Positions 1 to 16,438 are shown, counted from the first letter of the stretch. The stretch: 64,000 nt of DNA from Nemertoderma westbladi (GCA_032718475.1 JAUCBJ010007179.1:144813-208812); one strand, 5' to 3'. The notes: generated by a model from the sequence alone, not told the origin. Numbers and translations: made by a program.

Positions 1-60
1 TACCCACTCTGCCGGCACTCAGAGCGTCACGTGTAGGCGATGAGACGTAAAGGGGATGTA

Positions 61-290
61 GAGGAGTAGAGACGGGCACATAGGGTGCCAGAGAGTAGAA
101 GAGTAGAGACGGGCACATAGGGTGCCAGGTAGTAAGTTAGAGAGGTAGTAGTGTAGTAGAGAGGGCACATAGGGTGCCAGGTAGTAGAGTAGAGCAGAGG
201 GGGCACATAGGGTGCCAGGTAGTAGAGCTAGAGAGGTAGTTGAGTAGTAGAAGGGCACATAGGGTGCCAGATAGTAGAGTGGTTGTGGGC
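61..290. repeat. Degenerate tandem repeat (5 copies of GGGCACATAGGGTGCCAG core, 40-55 bp period) followed by purine-rich AGTAG/AGTTAG low-complexity tract to ~560
   Basis: Core GGGCACATAGGGTGCCAG recurs near 73, 111, 162, 201 and 253; it contains a GGCAC/GTGCC hairpin. Confidence 0.8.
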
Positions 291-916
291 ACCGCAAGCG
301 CCACGTAGTTAGAAGAGTGGAGTAGAGTTAGCAGAGCTAGTGGAGTAGAGTTAGTAGAGCTAGTTAGCAGAGTTGGTAGACTCAGAGGAGTCAAGTAGAG
401 TTAGTAGAAGTAGAAAGCTAGTAGGAGTTAGTTAGACTTAGTAGAGAGTTAGAGTCAGTAGAAAGTTAGAGGCTCTCAGTTAGAGCTAGAAGTAGTAAGA
501 GTTAGTAGTTAGCAGAGTTAGTTAGATAGTTAGAGTTAGTAAGCAGTAGGTAGATAGTATGATAGCACAGGGGTAGCATTAGAGATTAAAGCCTTAGGGA
601 GTGGCAAGAGAGATAGCGAGAGGTGGTATGGAGATAGTGTGGAGATAGTGTGAGCGCAATTCAAGCGTGGGGGGGAAGGAGTAAGAGGCTGAGTAAGGGA
701 CAGAGAAGTCCGAGAGTAGAGTGAAAGGAGAGTAGAGTCAAGGGCGAAAGTGTTGGGGAAACAAAAATCGTGTGAGAGACGAGCACGATCGGCCCGACAT
801 GGATGCCAGGCGTAAAGGGTAGCGTTATCATACCCAGAGGGAGCGGCCTGGAAAGCCGACTCCGAGAGAAAAGATTTCCACCCCACACCCGATGCTAGAT
901 CGGGATCCAGCGGGAT

Positions 917-1512
917 TGTAACGCACTTTTTGGTTGATGCTATCTTCTTACCGGGAAGATAGCATGGGGGGGAGTGTTAGCTTATTCAATCCCGCCAACA
1001 CCCCATAAAGTTATTAGCCGATAAGCAATATTGGGAGCCACGAGATTGGGCAATTAACCAACTCGTGCCATCCCAATAAGAGTGGGAAGGAGGCACACAA
1101 TAGAGGGTCAGGGGCCAAACCCCTAACCCAAGGAGAACAGGTGGAGTGAACGGGAATACTCCACGGGGCGCCAACAAGGGTATTAACCAATCAGAGGGGG
1201 GAATGGCATCGATTGAGTAGCAGTAAGGCCACCGTGCAATATAACCAATAACCTATTAATCAGTGATTCAGTTATCTCAGTGCAGCAGTGCTAGCGTAGG
1301 GTACAGCCAATTAGTTTAGTTAGGGGATCACGGGACTTTAGTTACCGTATCCCGCCTACCGTATAATTCACAATATATCTATATCCTATAACCTATTATT
1401 ATACACCGAACTTCAGAACTCAGTTATCTTTATTTCACTCTTATACACGGCGGGGACGCGTGGACTAAATACCACATCGGATAAATCGGGATCCCTCCTG
1501 GATCCCGTCACA
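917..1512. mobile_element. Probable LTR end of an LTR retrotransposon abutting the satellite
   Basis: Ends in CGTCACA at 1512 exactly where the satellite begins; two candidate TG starts: TGTAACG at 917 (near-inverted to CGTCACA) or TGTTAG at 975 directly after a polypurine run GGGGGGGAG (966-974). No partner LTR or gag/pol in window. Confidence 0.35.
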
Positions 1513-4500
1513 ATCGGAACATGTATTACTAAATAATAGATCGGAACATGTATTACTAAATAATAGATCGGAACATGTATTACTAAATAATAGATCGGAA
1601 CATGTATTACTAAATAATAGATCGGAACATGTATTACTAAATAATAGATCGGAACATGTATTACTAAATAATACATCGGAACATGTATTACTAAATAATA
1701 GATCGGAACATGTATTACTAAATAATAGATCGGAACATGTATTACTAAATAATATATCGGAACATGTATTACTAAATAATATATCGCTACATGTATTACT
1801 AAATAATAGATCGGAACATGTATTACTAAATAATAGATCGTAACATGGATTACTAAATAATAGATCGGAACATGTATTACTAAATAATAGATCGGAACAT
1901 GTATTACTAAATACTAGATCGAAACATGTATTACTAAATAATATATCGCTACATGTATTACTAAATAATAGATCGGAACATGGATTACTAAATAATAGAT
2001 CGGAACATGTATTACTAAATAATAGATCGGAACATGTATTACTAAATAACAGAATAATAGATCGGAACATGTATTACTAAATAATAGATCGGAACACGTA
2101 TTACTAAATAATAGATCGGAACATGTATTACTAAATAATAGATCGGAACAATGTATTACTAAATAATATATCGCTACATGTATTACTAAATAATAGATCG
2201 GAACATGTATTACTAAATAATAGATCGCAACATGTATTACTAAATAATATATCGCTACATGTATTACTAAATAATATATTGCTACATGTATTACTAAATA
2301 ATAGATTAGAACATGTATTACTAAATAATATATCGCTACATGTATTACTAAATAATAGATCGGAACATGTATTACTAAATAATAGATCGGAACATGTATT
2401 ACTAAATAATATATCGCTACATGTATTACTAAATAATAGATCGGAACATGTATTACTAAATAATAGATCGTAACATGGATTACTAAATAATAGATCGGAA
2501 CATGTATTACTAAATAATATATCGCTACATGTATTACTAAATAATAGATCGGAACATGGATTACTAAATAATAGATCGGAACATGTATTACTAAATAATA
2601 GATCGGAACATGTATTACTAAATAATAGATCGGAACATGTATTACTAAATAATAGATCGGAACATGTATTACTAAATAATAGATCGGAACATGTATTACT
2701 AAATAATATATCGCTACATGTATTACTAAATAATAGATCGGAACATGTATTACTAAATAATAGATCGTAACATGGATTACTAAATAATAGATCGGAACAT
2801 GTATTACTAAATAATAGATCGGAACATGTATTACTAAATAATAGATCGAAACATGTATTACTAAATAATATATCGCTACATGTATTACTAAATAATAGAT
2901 CGGAACATGGATTACTAAATAATAGATCGGAACATGTATTACTAAATAATAGATCGGAACATGTATTACTAAATAACAGAATAATAGATCGGAACATGTA
3001 TTACTAAATAATAGATCGGAACATGTATTACTAAATAATAGATCGGAACATGGATTACTAAATAACAGAATAATAGATCGGAACATGTATTACTAAATAA
3101 TAGATCGGAACATGTATTACTAAATAATAGATCGGAACATGTATTGCTAAATAACAGAATAATAGATCGGAACATGTATTACTAAATAATGAATCGGAAC
3201 ATGGATTACTAAATAACAGAATAATAGATCGGAACATGTATTACTAAATAACAGAATAATAGATCGGAACATGTATTACTAAATAACAGAATAATAGATC
3301 GGAACATGTATTACTAAATAATGAATCGGAACATGTATTACTAAATAATGAATCGGAACATGGATTACTAAATAACAGAATAATAGATCGGAACATGTAT
3401 TACTAAATAATAGATCGGAACATGTATTACTAAATAATAGATCGGAACATGTATTACTAAATAACAGAATAATAGATCGGAACATGTATTACTAAATAAT
3501 AGATCGGAACATGTATTACTAAATAATAGATCGGAACATGTATTACTAAATAACAGAATAATAGATCGGAACATGTATTACTAAATAATGAATCGGAACA
3601 TGGATTACTAAATAACAGAATAATAGATCGGAACATGTATTACTAAATAATAGATCGGAACATGTATTACTAAATAACAGAATAATAGATCGGAACATGT
3701 ATTACTAAATAATGAATCGGAACATGGATTACTAAATAACAGAATAATAGATCGGAACATGTATTACTAAATAATAGATCGGAACATGTATTACTAAATA
3801 ACAGAATAATAGATCGGAACATGTATTACTAAATAATGAATCGGAACATGGATTACTAAATAACAGAATAATAGATCGGAACATGTATTACTAAATAATA
3901 GATCGGAACATGTATTACTAAATAACAGAATAATAGATCGGAACATGTATTACTAAATAATGAATCGGAACATGGATTACTAAATAATAGATCGGAACAT
4001 GTATTACTAAATAATATATCGCTACATGTATTACTAAATAATAGATCGGAACATGTATTACTAAATAATATATCGCTACATGTATTACTAAATAATAGAT
4101 CGGAACATGGATTACTAAATAATAGATCGGAACATGTATTACTAAATAATAGATCGGAACATGTATTACTAAATAATAGATCGGAACATGTATTACTAAA
4201 TAATAGATCGGAACATGTATTACTAAATAATAGATCGGAACATGTATTACTAAATAATAGATCGGAACATGTATTACTAAATAACAGAGTAATAGATCGG
4301 AACATGTATTACTAAATAATAGATCGGAACATGTATTACTAAATAATAGATCGGAACATGTATTACTAAATAATAGATCGGAACATGTATTACTAAATAA
4401 TAGATCGGAACATGTATTACTAAATAATAGATCGGAACATGTATTACTAAATAATAGATCGGAACATGTCTTACTAAATAATAGATCGGAACATGTATTA

Positions 4501-7500
4501 CTAAATAATAGATCGGAACATGTATTACTGAATAATAGATCGGAACATGTATTACTAAATAACAGAATAATAGATCGGAACATGTATTTCTAAATAATAG
4601 ATCGGAACATGTATTACTAAATAATAGATCGGAACATGTATTACTAAATAATAGATCGGAACATGTATTACTAAATAATAGATCGGAACATGTATTACTA
4701 AATAATAGATCGGAACATGTATTACTAAATAATAGATCGGAACATGTATTACTAAATAATAGATCGGAACATGTATTACTAAATAATAGATCGGAACATG
4801 TATTACTAAATAATAGATCGAAACATGTATTACTAAATAATATATCGGAACATGTATTACTAAATAATAGATCGGAACATGTATTACTAAATAATAGATC
4901 GGAACATGTATTACTAAATAATAGATCGGAACATGTATTACTAAATAATAGATCGAAACATGTATTACTAAATAATAGATCGGAACATGTATTACTAAAT
5001 AATATATCGGAACATGTATTACTAAATAATAGATCGAAACATGTATTACTAAATAATAGATCGGAACATGTATTACTAAATAATAGATCGGAACATGTAT
5101 TACTAAATAATAGATCGGAACATGTATTACTAAATAATATATCGGAACATGTATTACTAAATAATAGATCGGAACATGTATTACTAAATAACAGAATAAT
5201 AGATCGGAACATGTTTTACTAAATAATAGATCGGAACATGTATTACTAAATAACAGAATAATAGATCGGAACATGTATTACTAAATAATAGATCGGAACA
5301 TGTATTACTAAATAATAGATCGGAACATGTATTACTAAATAATAGATCGGAACATCTATTACTAAATAATAGATCGGAACATGTATTACTAAATAATAGA
5401 TCGGAACATGTATTACTAAATAATAGATCGGAACATGTATTACTAAATAATAGATCGGAACATTGATTACTAAATAACAGAATAATAGATCGGAACATGT
5501 ATTACTAAATAATAGAACGGAACATGTATTACTAAATAACAGAATAATAGATCGGAACATGCATTACTAAATAATATATCGCTACATGTATTACTAAATA
5601 ATAGATCGGAACATGTATTACTAAATAATGAATCGGAACATGGATTACTAAATAACAGAATAATAGATCGGAACATGTATTACTAAATAATAGATCGGAA
5701 CATGTATTACTAAATAATATATCGCTACATGTATTACTAAATAATAGATCGGAACATGTATTACTAAATAATAGATCGTAACATGTATTACTAAATAATA
5801 TATCGCTACATGTATTACTAAATAATATATCGCTACATGTATTACTAAATAATAGATCGGAACATGTATTACTAAATAATATATCGCTACATGTATTACT
5901 AAATAATAGATCGGAACATGTATTACTAAATAATAGATCGTAACATGTATTACTAAATAATAGATCGGAACATGTATTACTAAATAATAGATCGTAACAT
6001 GTATTACTAAATAATATATCGGAACATTGATTACTAAATAACAGAATAATAGATCGGAACATGTATTACTAAATAATAGAACGGAACATGTATTACTAAA
6101 TAACAGAATAATAGATCGGAACATGCATTACTAAATAATAGAACGGAACATGTATTACTAAATAACAGAATAATAGATCGGAACGTCATGTATTACTAAA
6201 TAATAGATCGGAACATGTATTACTAAATAATAGATCGGAACATGTATTACTAAATAATAGATCGGAACATGTATTACTAAATAATAGATCGGAACATTGA
6301 TTACTAAATAACAGAATAATAGATCGGAACATGTATTACTAAATAATAGAACGGAACATGTATTACTAAATAACAGAATAATAGATCGGAACATGTATTA
6401 CTAAATAATGAATCGGAACATGGATTACTAAATAACAGAATAATAGATCGGAACATGTATCACTAAATAATAGATCGGAACATGTATTACTAAATAATAT
6501 ATCGCTACATGTATTACTAAATAATAGATCGGAACATGTATTACTAAATAATAGATCGTAACATGTATTACTATATAATATATCGCTACATGTATTACTA
6601 AATAATATATCGCTACATGTATTACTAAATAATAGATCGGAACATGTATTACTAAATAATATATCGCTACATGTATTACTAAATAATAGATCGGAACATG
6701 TATTACTAAATAATAGATCGTAACATGTATTACTAAATAATAGATCGGAACATGTATTACTAAATAATAGATCGTAACATGTATTACTAAATAATATATC
6801 GCTACATGTATTACTAAATAATATATCGCTACATGTATTACTAAATAATAGATCGGAACATGTATTACTAAATAATAGATCGGAACATGGATTACTAAAT
6901 AATAGATCGGAACATGTATTACTAAATAATAGATCGGAACATGTTTATTACTAAATAATAGATTAGAACATGTATTACTAAATAATATATCGCTACATGT
7001 ATTACTAAATAATAGATCGGAACATGTATTACTAAATAATAGATCGGAACATGTATTACTAAATAATAGATCGGAACATGTATTACTAAATAATAGATCG
7101 GAACATGTATTACTAAATAATAGATCGGAACATGGATTACTAAATAATAGATCGGAACATGTATTACTAAATAATAGATCGGAACATGTATTACTAAATA
7201 ATAGATTAGAACATGTATTACTAAATAATATATCGCTACATGTATTACTAAATAATAGATCGGAACATGGATTACTAAATAATAGATCGGAACATGTATT
7301 ACTAAATAATAGATCGGAACATGGATTACTAAATAATAGATCGGAACATGTATTACTAAATAATAGATCGGAACATGTATTACTAAATAATAGATTAGAA
7401 CATGTATTACTAAATAATATATCGCTACATGTATTACTAAATAATAGATCGGAACATGTATTACTAAATAATATATCGGAACATGTATTACTAAATAATA

Positions 7501-10500
7501 GATCGGAACATGTATTACTAAATAATAGATCGGAACATGGATTACTAAATAATAGATCGGAACATGTATTACTAAATAATAGATCGGAACATGTATTACT
7601 AAATAATAGATCGGAACATGGATTACTAAATAATAGATCGGAACATGTATTACTAAATAATAGATCGGAACATGTATTACTAAATAATAGATTAGAACAT
7701 GTATTACTAAATAATATATCGCTACATGTATTACTAAATAATAGATCGGAACATGGATTACTAAATAATAGATCGGAACATGTATTACTAAATAATAGAT
7801 CGGAACATGGATTACTAAATAATAGATCGGAACATGTATTACTAAATAATAGATCGGAACATGTATTACTAAATAATAGATTAGAACATGTATTACTAAA
7901 TAATATATCGCTACATGTATTACTAAATAATAGATTGGAACATGTATTACTAAATAATAGATCGGAACATGTATTACTAAATAATAGATCGGAACATGTA
8001 TTACTAAATAATAGATCGGAACATGTATTACTAAATAATAGATCGGAACATGCATTACTAAATAATAGATCGGAACATGTATTACTAAATAATAGATCGG
8101 AACATGTATTACTAAATAATATATCGCTACATGTATTACTAAATAATAGATCGGAACATGTATTACTAAATAATAGATTAGAACATGTATTACTAAATAA
8201 TATATCGCTACATGTATTACTAAATAATAGATCAGAACATGTATTACTAAATAATAGATCGGAACATGTATTACTAAATAATAGATCGGAACATGTATTA
8301 CTAAATAATAGATCGCTACATGTATTACTAAATAATGGATCGGAACATGTATTACTAAATAATAGATTAGAACATGTATTACTAAATAATATATCTCTAC
8401 ATGTATTACTAAATAATAGATCGGAACATGTATTACTAAATAATAGATCGGAACATGTATTACTAAATAATAGATCGGAACATGTATTACTAAATAATAG
8501 ATCGGAACATGTATTACTAAATAATAGATCGGAACATGTATTACTAAATAATAGATCGGAACATGTATTACTAAATAATAGATCGGAACATGTATTACTA
8601 AATAATAGATCGGAATATGTATTACTAAATAATAGATCGGAACATGTATTACTAAATAATATATCGCTACATGTATTACTAAATAATAGATCGTAACATG
8701 TATTACTAAATAATATATCGCTACATGTATTACTAAATAATATATCGCTACATGTATTACTAAATAATAGATCGGAACATGTATTACTAAATAATATATC
8801 GCTACATGTATTACTAAATAATAGATCGTAACATGTATTACTAAATAATAGATCGGAACATGTATTACTAAATAATAGATCGTAACATGTATTACTAAAT
8901 AATATATCGCTACATGTATTACTAAATAATATATCGCTACATGTATTACTAAATAATAGATCGGAACATGGATTACTAAATAATAGATCGGAACATGTAT
9001 TACTAAATAATAGATCGGAACATGTATTACTAAATAATAGATTAGAACATGTATTACTAAATAATATATCGCTACATGTATTACTAAATAATAGATCGGA
9101 ACATGTATTACTAAATAATAGATCGGAACATGTATTACTAAATAATAGATCGGAACATGTATTACTAAATAATAGATCGGAACATGTATTACTAAATAAT
9201 ATATCGCTACATGTATTACTAAATAATAGATCGGAACATGTATTACTAAATAATAGATCGTAACATGGATTACTAAATAATAGATCGGAACATGTATTAC
9301 TAAATAATAGATCGGAACATGTATTACTAAATAATAGATCGGAACATGTATTACTAAATAATAGATCGGAACATGTATTACTAAATAATAGATCGGAACA
9401 TGTATTACTAAATAATAGATCGGAACATGTATTACTAAATAATAGATCGGAACATGTATTACTAAATAATAGATCGGAACATGTATTACTAAATAATAGA
9501 TCGGAACATGTATTACTAAATAATAGATCGGAACATGTATTACTAAATAATATATCGGAACATGTATTACTAAATAATAGATCGGAACATGTATTACTAA
9601 ATAATAGATCGGAACATGTATTACTAAATAATAGATCGGAACATGTATTACTAAATAATAGATCGGAACATGTATTACTAAATAATAGGTCGGAACATGT
9701 ATTACTAAATAATATATCGGAACATGTATTACTAAATAATAGATCGGAACATGTATTACTAAATAACAGAATAATAGATCGGAACATGTATTACTAAATA
9801 ATAGATCGGAACATGTACTACTAAATAACAGAATAATAGATCGGAACATGTATTACTAAATAATAGATCGGAACATGTATTACTAAATAATAGATCGGAA
9901 CATGGATTACTAAATAACAGAATAATAGATCGGAACATGTATTACTAAATAATAGATCGGAACATGTATTACTAAATAATAGATCGGAACATGTATTACT
10001 AAATAATAGATCGGAACATGTATTACTAAATAATAGATCGGAACATTGATTACTAAATAACAGAATAATAGATCGGAACATGTATTACTAAATAATAGAA
10101 CGGAACATGTATTACTAAATAACAGAATAATAGATCGGAACATGTATTACTAAATAATAGATCGGAACATGTATTACTAAATAATGAATCGGAACATGGA
10201 TTACTAAATAACAGAATAATAGATCGGAACATGTATTACTAAATAATAGATCGGAACATGTATTACTAAATAATAGATCGGAACATGTATTACTAAATAA
10301 TATATCGCTACATGTATTACTAAATAATAGATCGGAACATGTATTACTAAATAATAGATCGTAACATGTATTACTAAATAATATATCGCTACATGTATTA
10401 CTAAATAATATATCGCTACATGTATTACTAAATAATAGATTAGAACATGTATTACTAAATAATATATCGCTACATGTATTACTAAATAATAGATCGGAAC

Positions 10501-13500
10501 ATGTATTACTAAATAATAGATCGGAACATGTATTACTAAATAATAGATCGGAACATGTATTACTAAATAATAGATCGGAACATGTATTACTAAATAATAT
10601 ATCGCTACATGTATTACTAAATAATAGATCGGAACATGTATTACTAAATAATAGATCGTAACATGGATTACTAAATAATAGATCGGAACATGTATTACTA
10701 AATAATAGATCGGAACATGTATTACTAAATAATATATCGCTACATGTATTACTAAATAATAGATCGGAACATGTATTACTAAATAATAGATCGTAACATG
10801 GATTACTAAATAATAGATCGGAACATGTATTACTAAATAATAGATCGGAACATGTATTACTAAATAATAGATCGGAACATGTATTACTAAATAATAGATC
10901 GGAACATGTATTACTAAATAATAGATCGGAACATGGATTACTAAATAATAGATCGGAACATGTATTACTAAATAATAGATCGGAACATGTATTACTAAAT
11001 AATAGATCGTAACATGGATTACTAAATAATAGATCGGAACATGTATTACTAAATAATAGATCGGAAGATGTATTACTAAATAATAGATAGGAACATGTAT
11101 TACTAAATAATATATCGCTACATGTATTACTAAATAATAGATCGGAACATGTATTACTAAATAATAGATCGGAACATGTATTACTAAATAACAGAATAAT
11201 ATATCGGAACATGTATTACTAAATAATAGATCGGAACATGTATTACTAAATAATAGATCGGAACATGTATTACTAAATAATAGATCGGAACATGTATTAC
11301 TAAATAATAGATCGGAACATGTATTACTAAATAATAGATCGGAACATGTATTACTAAATAATAGATCGGAACATGTATTACTAAATAATAGATCGGAACA
11401 TGTATTACTAAATAACAGAATAATAGATCGGAACATGTATTACTAAATAATAGATCGGAACATGGATTACTAAATAACAGAATAATAGATCGGAACATGT
11501 ATTACTAAATAATAGATCGGAACATGTATTACTAAATAATAGATCGGAACATGTATTACTAAATAATAGATCGGAACATGGATTACTAAATAACAGAATA
11601 ATAGATCGGAACATGTATTACTAAATAATAGATCGGAACATGTATTACTAAATAATAGATCGGAACATGTATTACTAAATAATAGATCGGAACATGTATT
11701 ACTAAATAATAGATCGGAACATGTATTACTAAATAACAGAATAATAGATCGGAACATGTATTACTAAATAATAGATCGGAACATGTATTACTAAATAATG
11801 AATCGGAACATGGATTACTAAATAACAGAATAATAGATCGGAACATGTATTACTAAATAATAGATCGGAACATGTATTACTAAATAATAGATTGGAACAT
11901 GTATTACTAAATAATAGATCGGAACATGGATTACTAAATAACAGAATAATAGATCGGAACATGTATTACTAAATAATAGAACGGAACATGTATTACTAAA
12001 TAACAGAATAATAGATCGGAACATGTATTACTAAATAATAGATCGGAACATGTATTACTAAATAATGAATCGGAACATGGATTACTAAATAACAGAATAA
12101 TAGATCGGAACATGTATTACTAAATAATAGATCGGAACATGTATTACTAAATAATAGATTGGAACATGTATTACTAAATAATAGATCGGAACATGGATTA
12201 CTAAATAACAGAATAATAGATCGGAACATGTATTACTAAATAATAGAACGGAACATGGATTACTAAATAACAGAATAATAGATCGGAACATGTATTACTA
12301 AATAATAGATCGGAACATGTATTACTAAATAATATATCGCTACATGTATTACTAAATAATAGATCGGAACATGTATTACTAAATAATAGATCGTAACATG
12401 TATTACTAAATAATATATCGCTACATGTATTACTAAATAATATATCGCTACATGTATTACTAAATAATAGATTAGAACATGTATTACTAAATAATATATC
12501 GCTACATGTATTACTAAATAATAGATCGGAACATGTATTACTAAATAATAGATCGGAACATGTATTACTAAATAATATATCGCTACATGTATTACTAAAT
12601 AATAGATCGTAACATGTATTACTAAATAATATATCGCTACATGTATTACTAAATAATATATCGCTACATGTATTACTAAATAATAGATCGGAACATGTAT
12701 TACTAAATAATAAATCGTAACATTGATTACTAAATAATAGATCGGAACATGTATTACTAAATAATATATCGCTACATGTATTACTAAATAATAGATCGGA
12801 ACATGTATTACTAAATAATAGATCGTAACATGTATTACCTAAGAATATATCGCTACATGTATTACTAAATAATATATCGGAACATGGATTACTAAATAAT
12901 AGATCGGAACATGTATTACTAAATAATAGATCGGAACATGTATTACTAAATAATATATCGCTACATGTATTACTAAATAATAGATCGGAACATGTATTAC
13001 TAAATAATAGATCGGAACATGTATTACTAAATAATAGATCGTAACATGGATTACTAAATAATAGATCGGAACATGTATTACTAAATAATAGATCGGAACA
13101 TGTATTACTAAATAATAGATCGGAACATGTATTACTAAATAATAGATCGGAACATGTATTACTAAATAATAGATCGGAACATGTATTACTAAATAATATA
13201 TCGCTACATGTATTACTAAATAATAGATCGGAACATGTATTACTAAATAATAGATCGTAACATGGATTACTAAATAATAGATCGGAACATGTATTAATAA
13301 ATAATAGATCGGAACATGTATTACTAAATAATAGATCGGAACATGTATTACTAAATAATAGATCGGAACATGTATTACTAAATAATAGATCGGAACATGG
13401 ATTACTAAATAATAGATCGGAACATGTATTACTAAATAATAGATCGGAACATGTATTACTAAATAATAGATCGTAACATGGATTACTAAATAATAGATCG

Positions 13501-14915
13501 GAACATGTATTACTAAATAATAGATCGGAAGATGTATTACTAAATAATAGATCGGAACATGTATTACTAAATAATATATCGCTACATGTATTACTAAATA
13601 ATAGATCGGAGCATGGATTACTAAATAATAGATCGGAACATGTATTACTAAATAATAGATCGGAACATGTATTACTAAATAATAGATCGGAACATGTATT
13701 ACTAAATAATAGATCGGAACATGTATTACTAAATAATAGATCGGAACATGTATTACTAAATAATAGATCGGAACATGTATTACTAAATAATAGATCGGAA
13801 CATGTATTACTAAATAACAGAATAATAGATCGGAACATGTATTACTAAATAATAGATCGGAACATGTATTACTAAATAATAGATCGGAACATGTATTACT
13901 AAATAATAGATCGGAACATGTATTACTAATTAATAGATCGGAACATGTATTACTAAATAATAGATCGGAACATGTATTACTAAATAACAGAATAATAGAT
14001 CGGAACATGTATTACTAAATAATAGATCGGAACATGTATTACTAAATAATAGATCGGAACATGGATTACTAAATAACAGAATAATAGATCGGAACATGTA
14101 TTACTAAATAATAGATCGGAACATGTATTACTAAATAACAGATCGGAACATGTATTACTAAATAATAGATCGGAACATGTATTACTAAATAATATATCGC
14201 TACATGTATTACTAAATAACAGAATAATAGATCGGAACATGTATTACTAAATAATAGATCGGAACATGTATTACTAAATAATATATCGGAACATGTATTA
14301 CTAAATAATAGATCGGAACATGTATTACTAAATAACAGAATAATAGATCGGAACATGTATTACTAAATAATAGATCGGAACATGTATTACTAAATAATAG
14401 ATCGGAACATGTATTACTTAATACTAGATCGGAACATGTATTACTAAATAATAGATCGGAACATGGATTACTAAATAATAGATCGGAACATGTATTACTA
14501 AATAATAGATCGGAACATGGATTACTAAATAATAGATCGGAACATGTATTACTAAATAATATATCGCTACATGTATTACTAAATAACAGAATAATAGATC
14601 GGAACATGTATTACTAAATAATATATCGGAACATGTATTACTAAATAATAGATCGGAACATGTATTACTTAATAATAGATCGGAACATGTATAACTAAAT
14701 AATAGATCGGAACATGTATTACTTAATAATATATCGGAACATGTATTACTAAATAATAGATCGGAACATGTATTACTCAATAATATATCGGAACATGTAT
14801 TACTAAATAATAGATCGGAACATGGATTACTAAATAATAGATCGGAACATGTATTACTAAATAATAGATCGGAACATGGATTACTAAATAATAGATCGGA
14901 ACATGAATTACTAGA
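1513..14915. repeat. 27-bp satellite array (consensus ATCGGAACATGTATTACTAAATAATAG), ~13.4 kb, roughly 480-495 copies
   Basis: Directly visible tandem array with recurrent variants (ATATCGCTAC, ATCGTAAC, ATTAGAAC, CATGGAT) and a 35-bp variant with an 8-bp insertion (AATAACAGAATAATAG). Confidence 0.99.
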
Positions 14916-15359
14916 TAATCTGTTCACGATGCTCTCTGTCATAAACAAAAATGATAAAAAGAAAACTCCGTTTTAGGTCTAAATTTCCATTCTAAAATCC
15001 AAAATAAGTATTTGTAAATATATATGTAACTCTAGAATTAGTCGATATAATTGGTTAATTTTATCTTGACTTATTAGCCTATATGTCACTCTATTTCTTG
15101 AGAAGTAATTTTATATCTGCAGCTGAAGTTATAGTAAATACTTTACCATTTGCAGAAACCTTGGCCAAAATCGCCCCGTTGTAACTGAAAGCGGAGTGAA
15201 GATCCTTTGATCTCTTTAGCGATACTCTTTAGCTTTAACGATTCCTCAGCAATTCGCTCGCAGAAGATTAAGTGATCATCAGACATTCAATAATATTTCA
15301 ATATTGAAAATAGTACAAATATTATAAAATATAATACATTTTATTTTTTATTCTTTTAG

Positions 15360-15494
15360 ACTTAAATGAATGTACCTTGGAAAAGATTTGCCCGCCTGCA
15401 AAGGAGTGTAGTAATACAATTGGTAGTTATGAATGTCTTTGTTCCGAAGGTTATACTGAGATTCGCTCTGATGCTGGTGTCATATCATGTGAAG
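15360..15494 (+). CDS. Internal exon encoding a calcium-binding EGF domain (DLNECTLEKICPPAKECSNTIGSYECLCSEGYTEIRSDAGVISCE)
   Basis: Polypyrimidine TTCTTTTAG acceptor, GTTTGT donor, 135 nt, phase 1-1, six Cys with D-x-N-E-C and C-x-N-x-x-G-S-Y-x-C cbEGF consensus. Confidence 0.93.
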
Positions 15495-15611
15495 GTTTGT
15501 ATGGTAACTTCTGTTGTTCACAAGTTTTTTATTGTACATAGCCGGTTTGAGCTGTAATGAGGAACCATAATTCCAGTATAGATTTAGGAACTGTTCTCAA
15601 AACTCACTTAA

Positions 15612-16438
15612 CCCTTTCGATCCTATGGCACAACTGTTGTGCCATGACCAACTGCGCTATGGCACAATTGTTATGCCATGGGAATATACTTGATATTATT
15701 GGCTTTAAACTATACTCCGGTTGTTAGGAAACATTATAAATTCCCATTCAGCGCATAAGGCGTCATCCCAGTCATTTAGGGATTAAATATTTCCTCTACT
15801 CTGATTGGCTAACAGATTAGTATTATAGTTCAGCAGGCAAAGATAACAGTAGGCCTAAAGCATAACAATATACGGTATTCTATGTCCTCTGATGTTGATA
15901 GCACTACATTCAACATAGGTTTTCCTGTTCGTTGATTTCATTTCTGATGTCAGTTTTCACGCCCTTTTCACGCTGACGAATGTTTTTATAACATAATATG
16001 CTCTTCCTTATTTTTTGACAGGCAGACTGACAGACAAACAGACATACATACAGACAAAGACAGTCTAGAGTTGGTCAGTCGTAAAAACTGACATCAAAAA
16101 TGAAATTAGAGACATGTAAAACCCCATGAAGAAAGTGTTTATAACATAATATGCTCTTCCTTATTTTATGACAGACAGACTGACAGACAAACATATATAC
16201 ATACAGACAACGACACATATATCCTAGTGTTGGTCAGTCGTAAAAACTGACATCAGAAATGAAATCAGCGACCAGGAAAACCCCTAGAGATGAAAATGTA
16301 AATAATGTAGTTCTACTTATTACGACATTATTGTTTAACAAAAAAAATTGATTTTAGAAAAAAAGATTTATTTTGCACAAATTTATTCAGGTCCTGGGGG
16401 CTAAATATTAATGTAGAATCCGTGCCGTACCGAAAGGG
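15612..16438. mobile_element. Non-autonomous piggyBac-type TIR element
   Basis: TTAA on both sides (15608-15611, 16439-16442); termini CCCTTTCG...CGAAAGGG; subterminal palindromes TATGGCACAA..TTGTGCCATG; no ORF. Confidence 0.8.

Noticed and set aside
1513-14915. CRISPR-like array
   Set aside because: Head-to-tail repeats with no unique spacers, no cas genes, eukaryotic context
1413-14948. Many long ORFs (up to 1119 aa; SDLLFSNTC / YYLVIHVPI repeats)
   Set aside because: Artefact of a 27-bp unit lacking stops in some frames; 8-bp insertions shift frame freely, so there is no coding constraint
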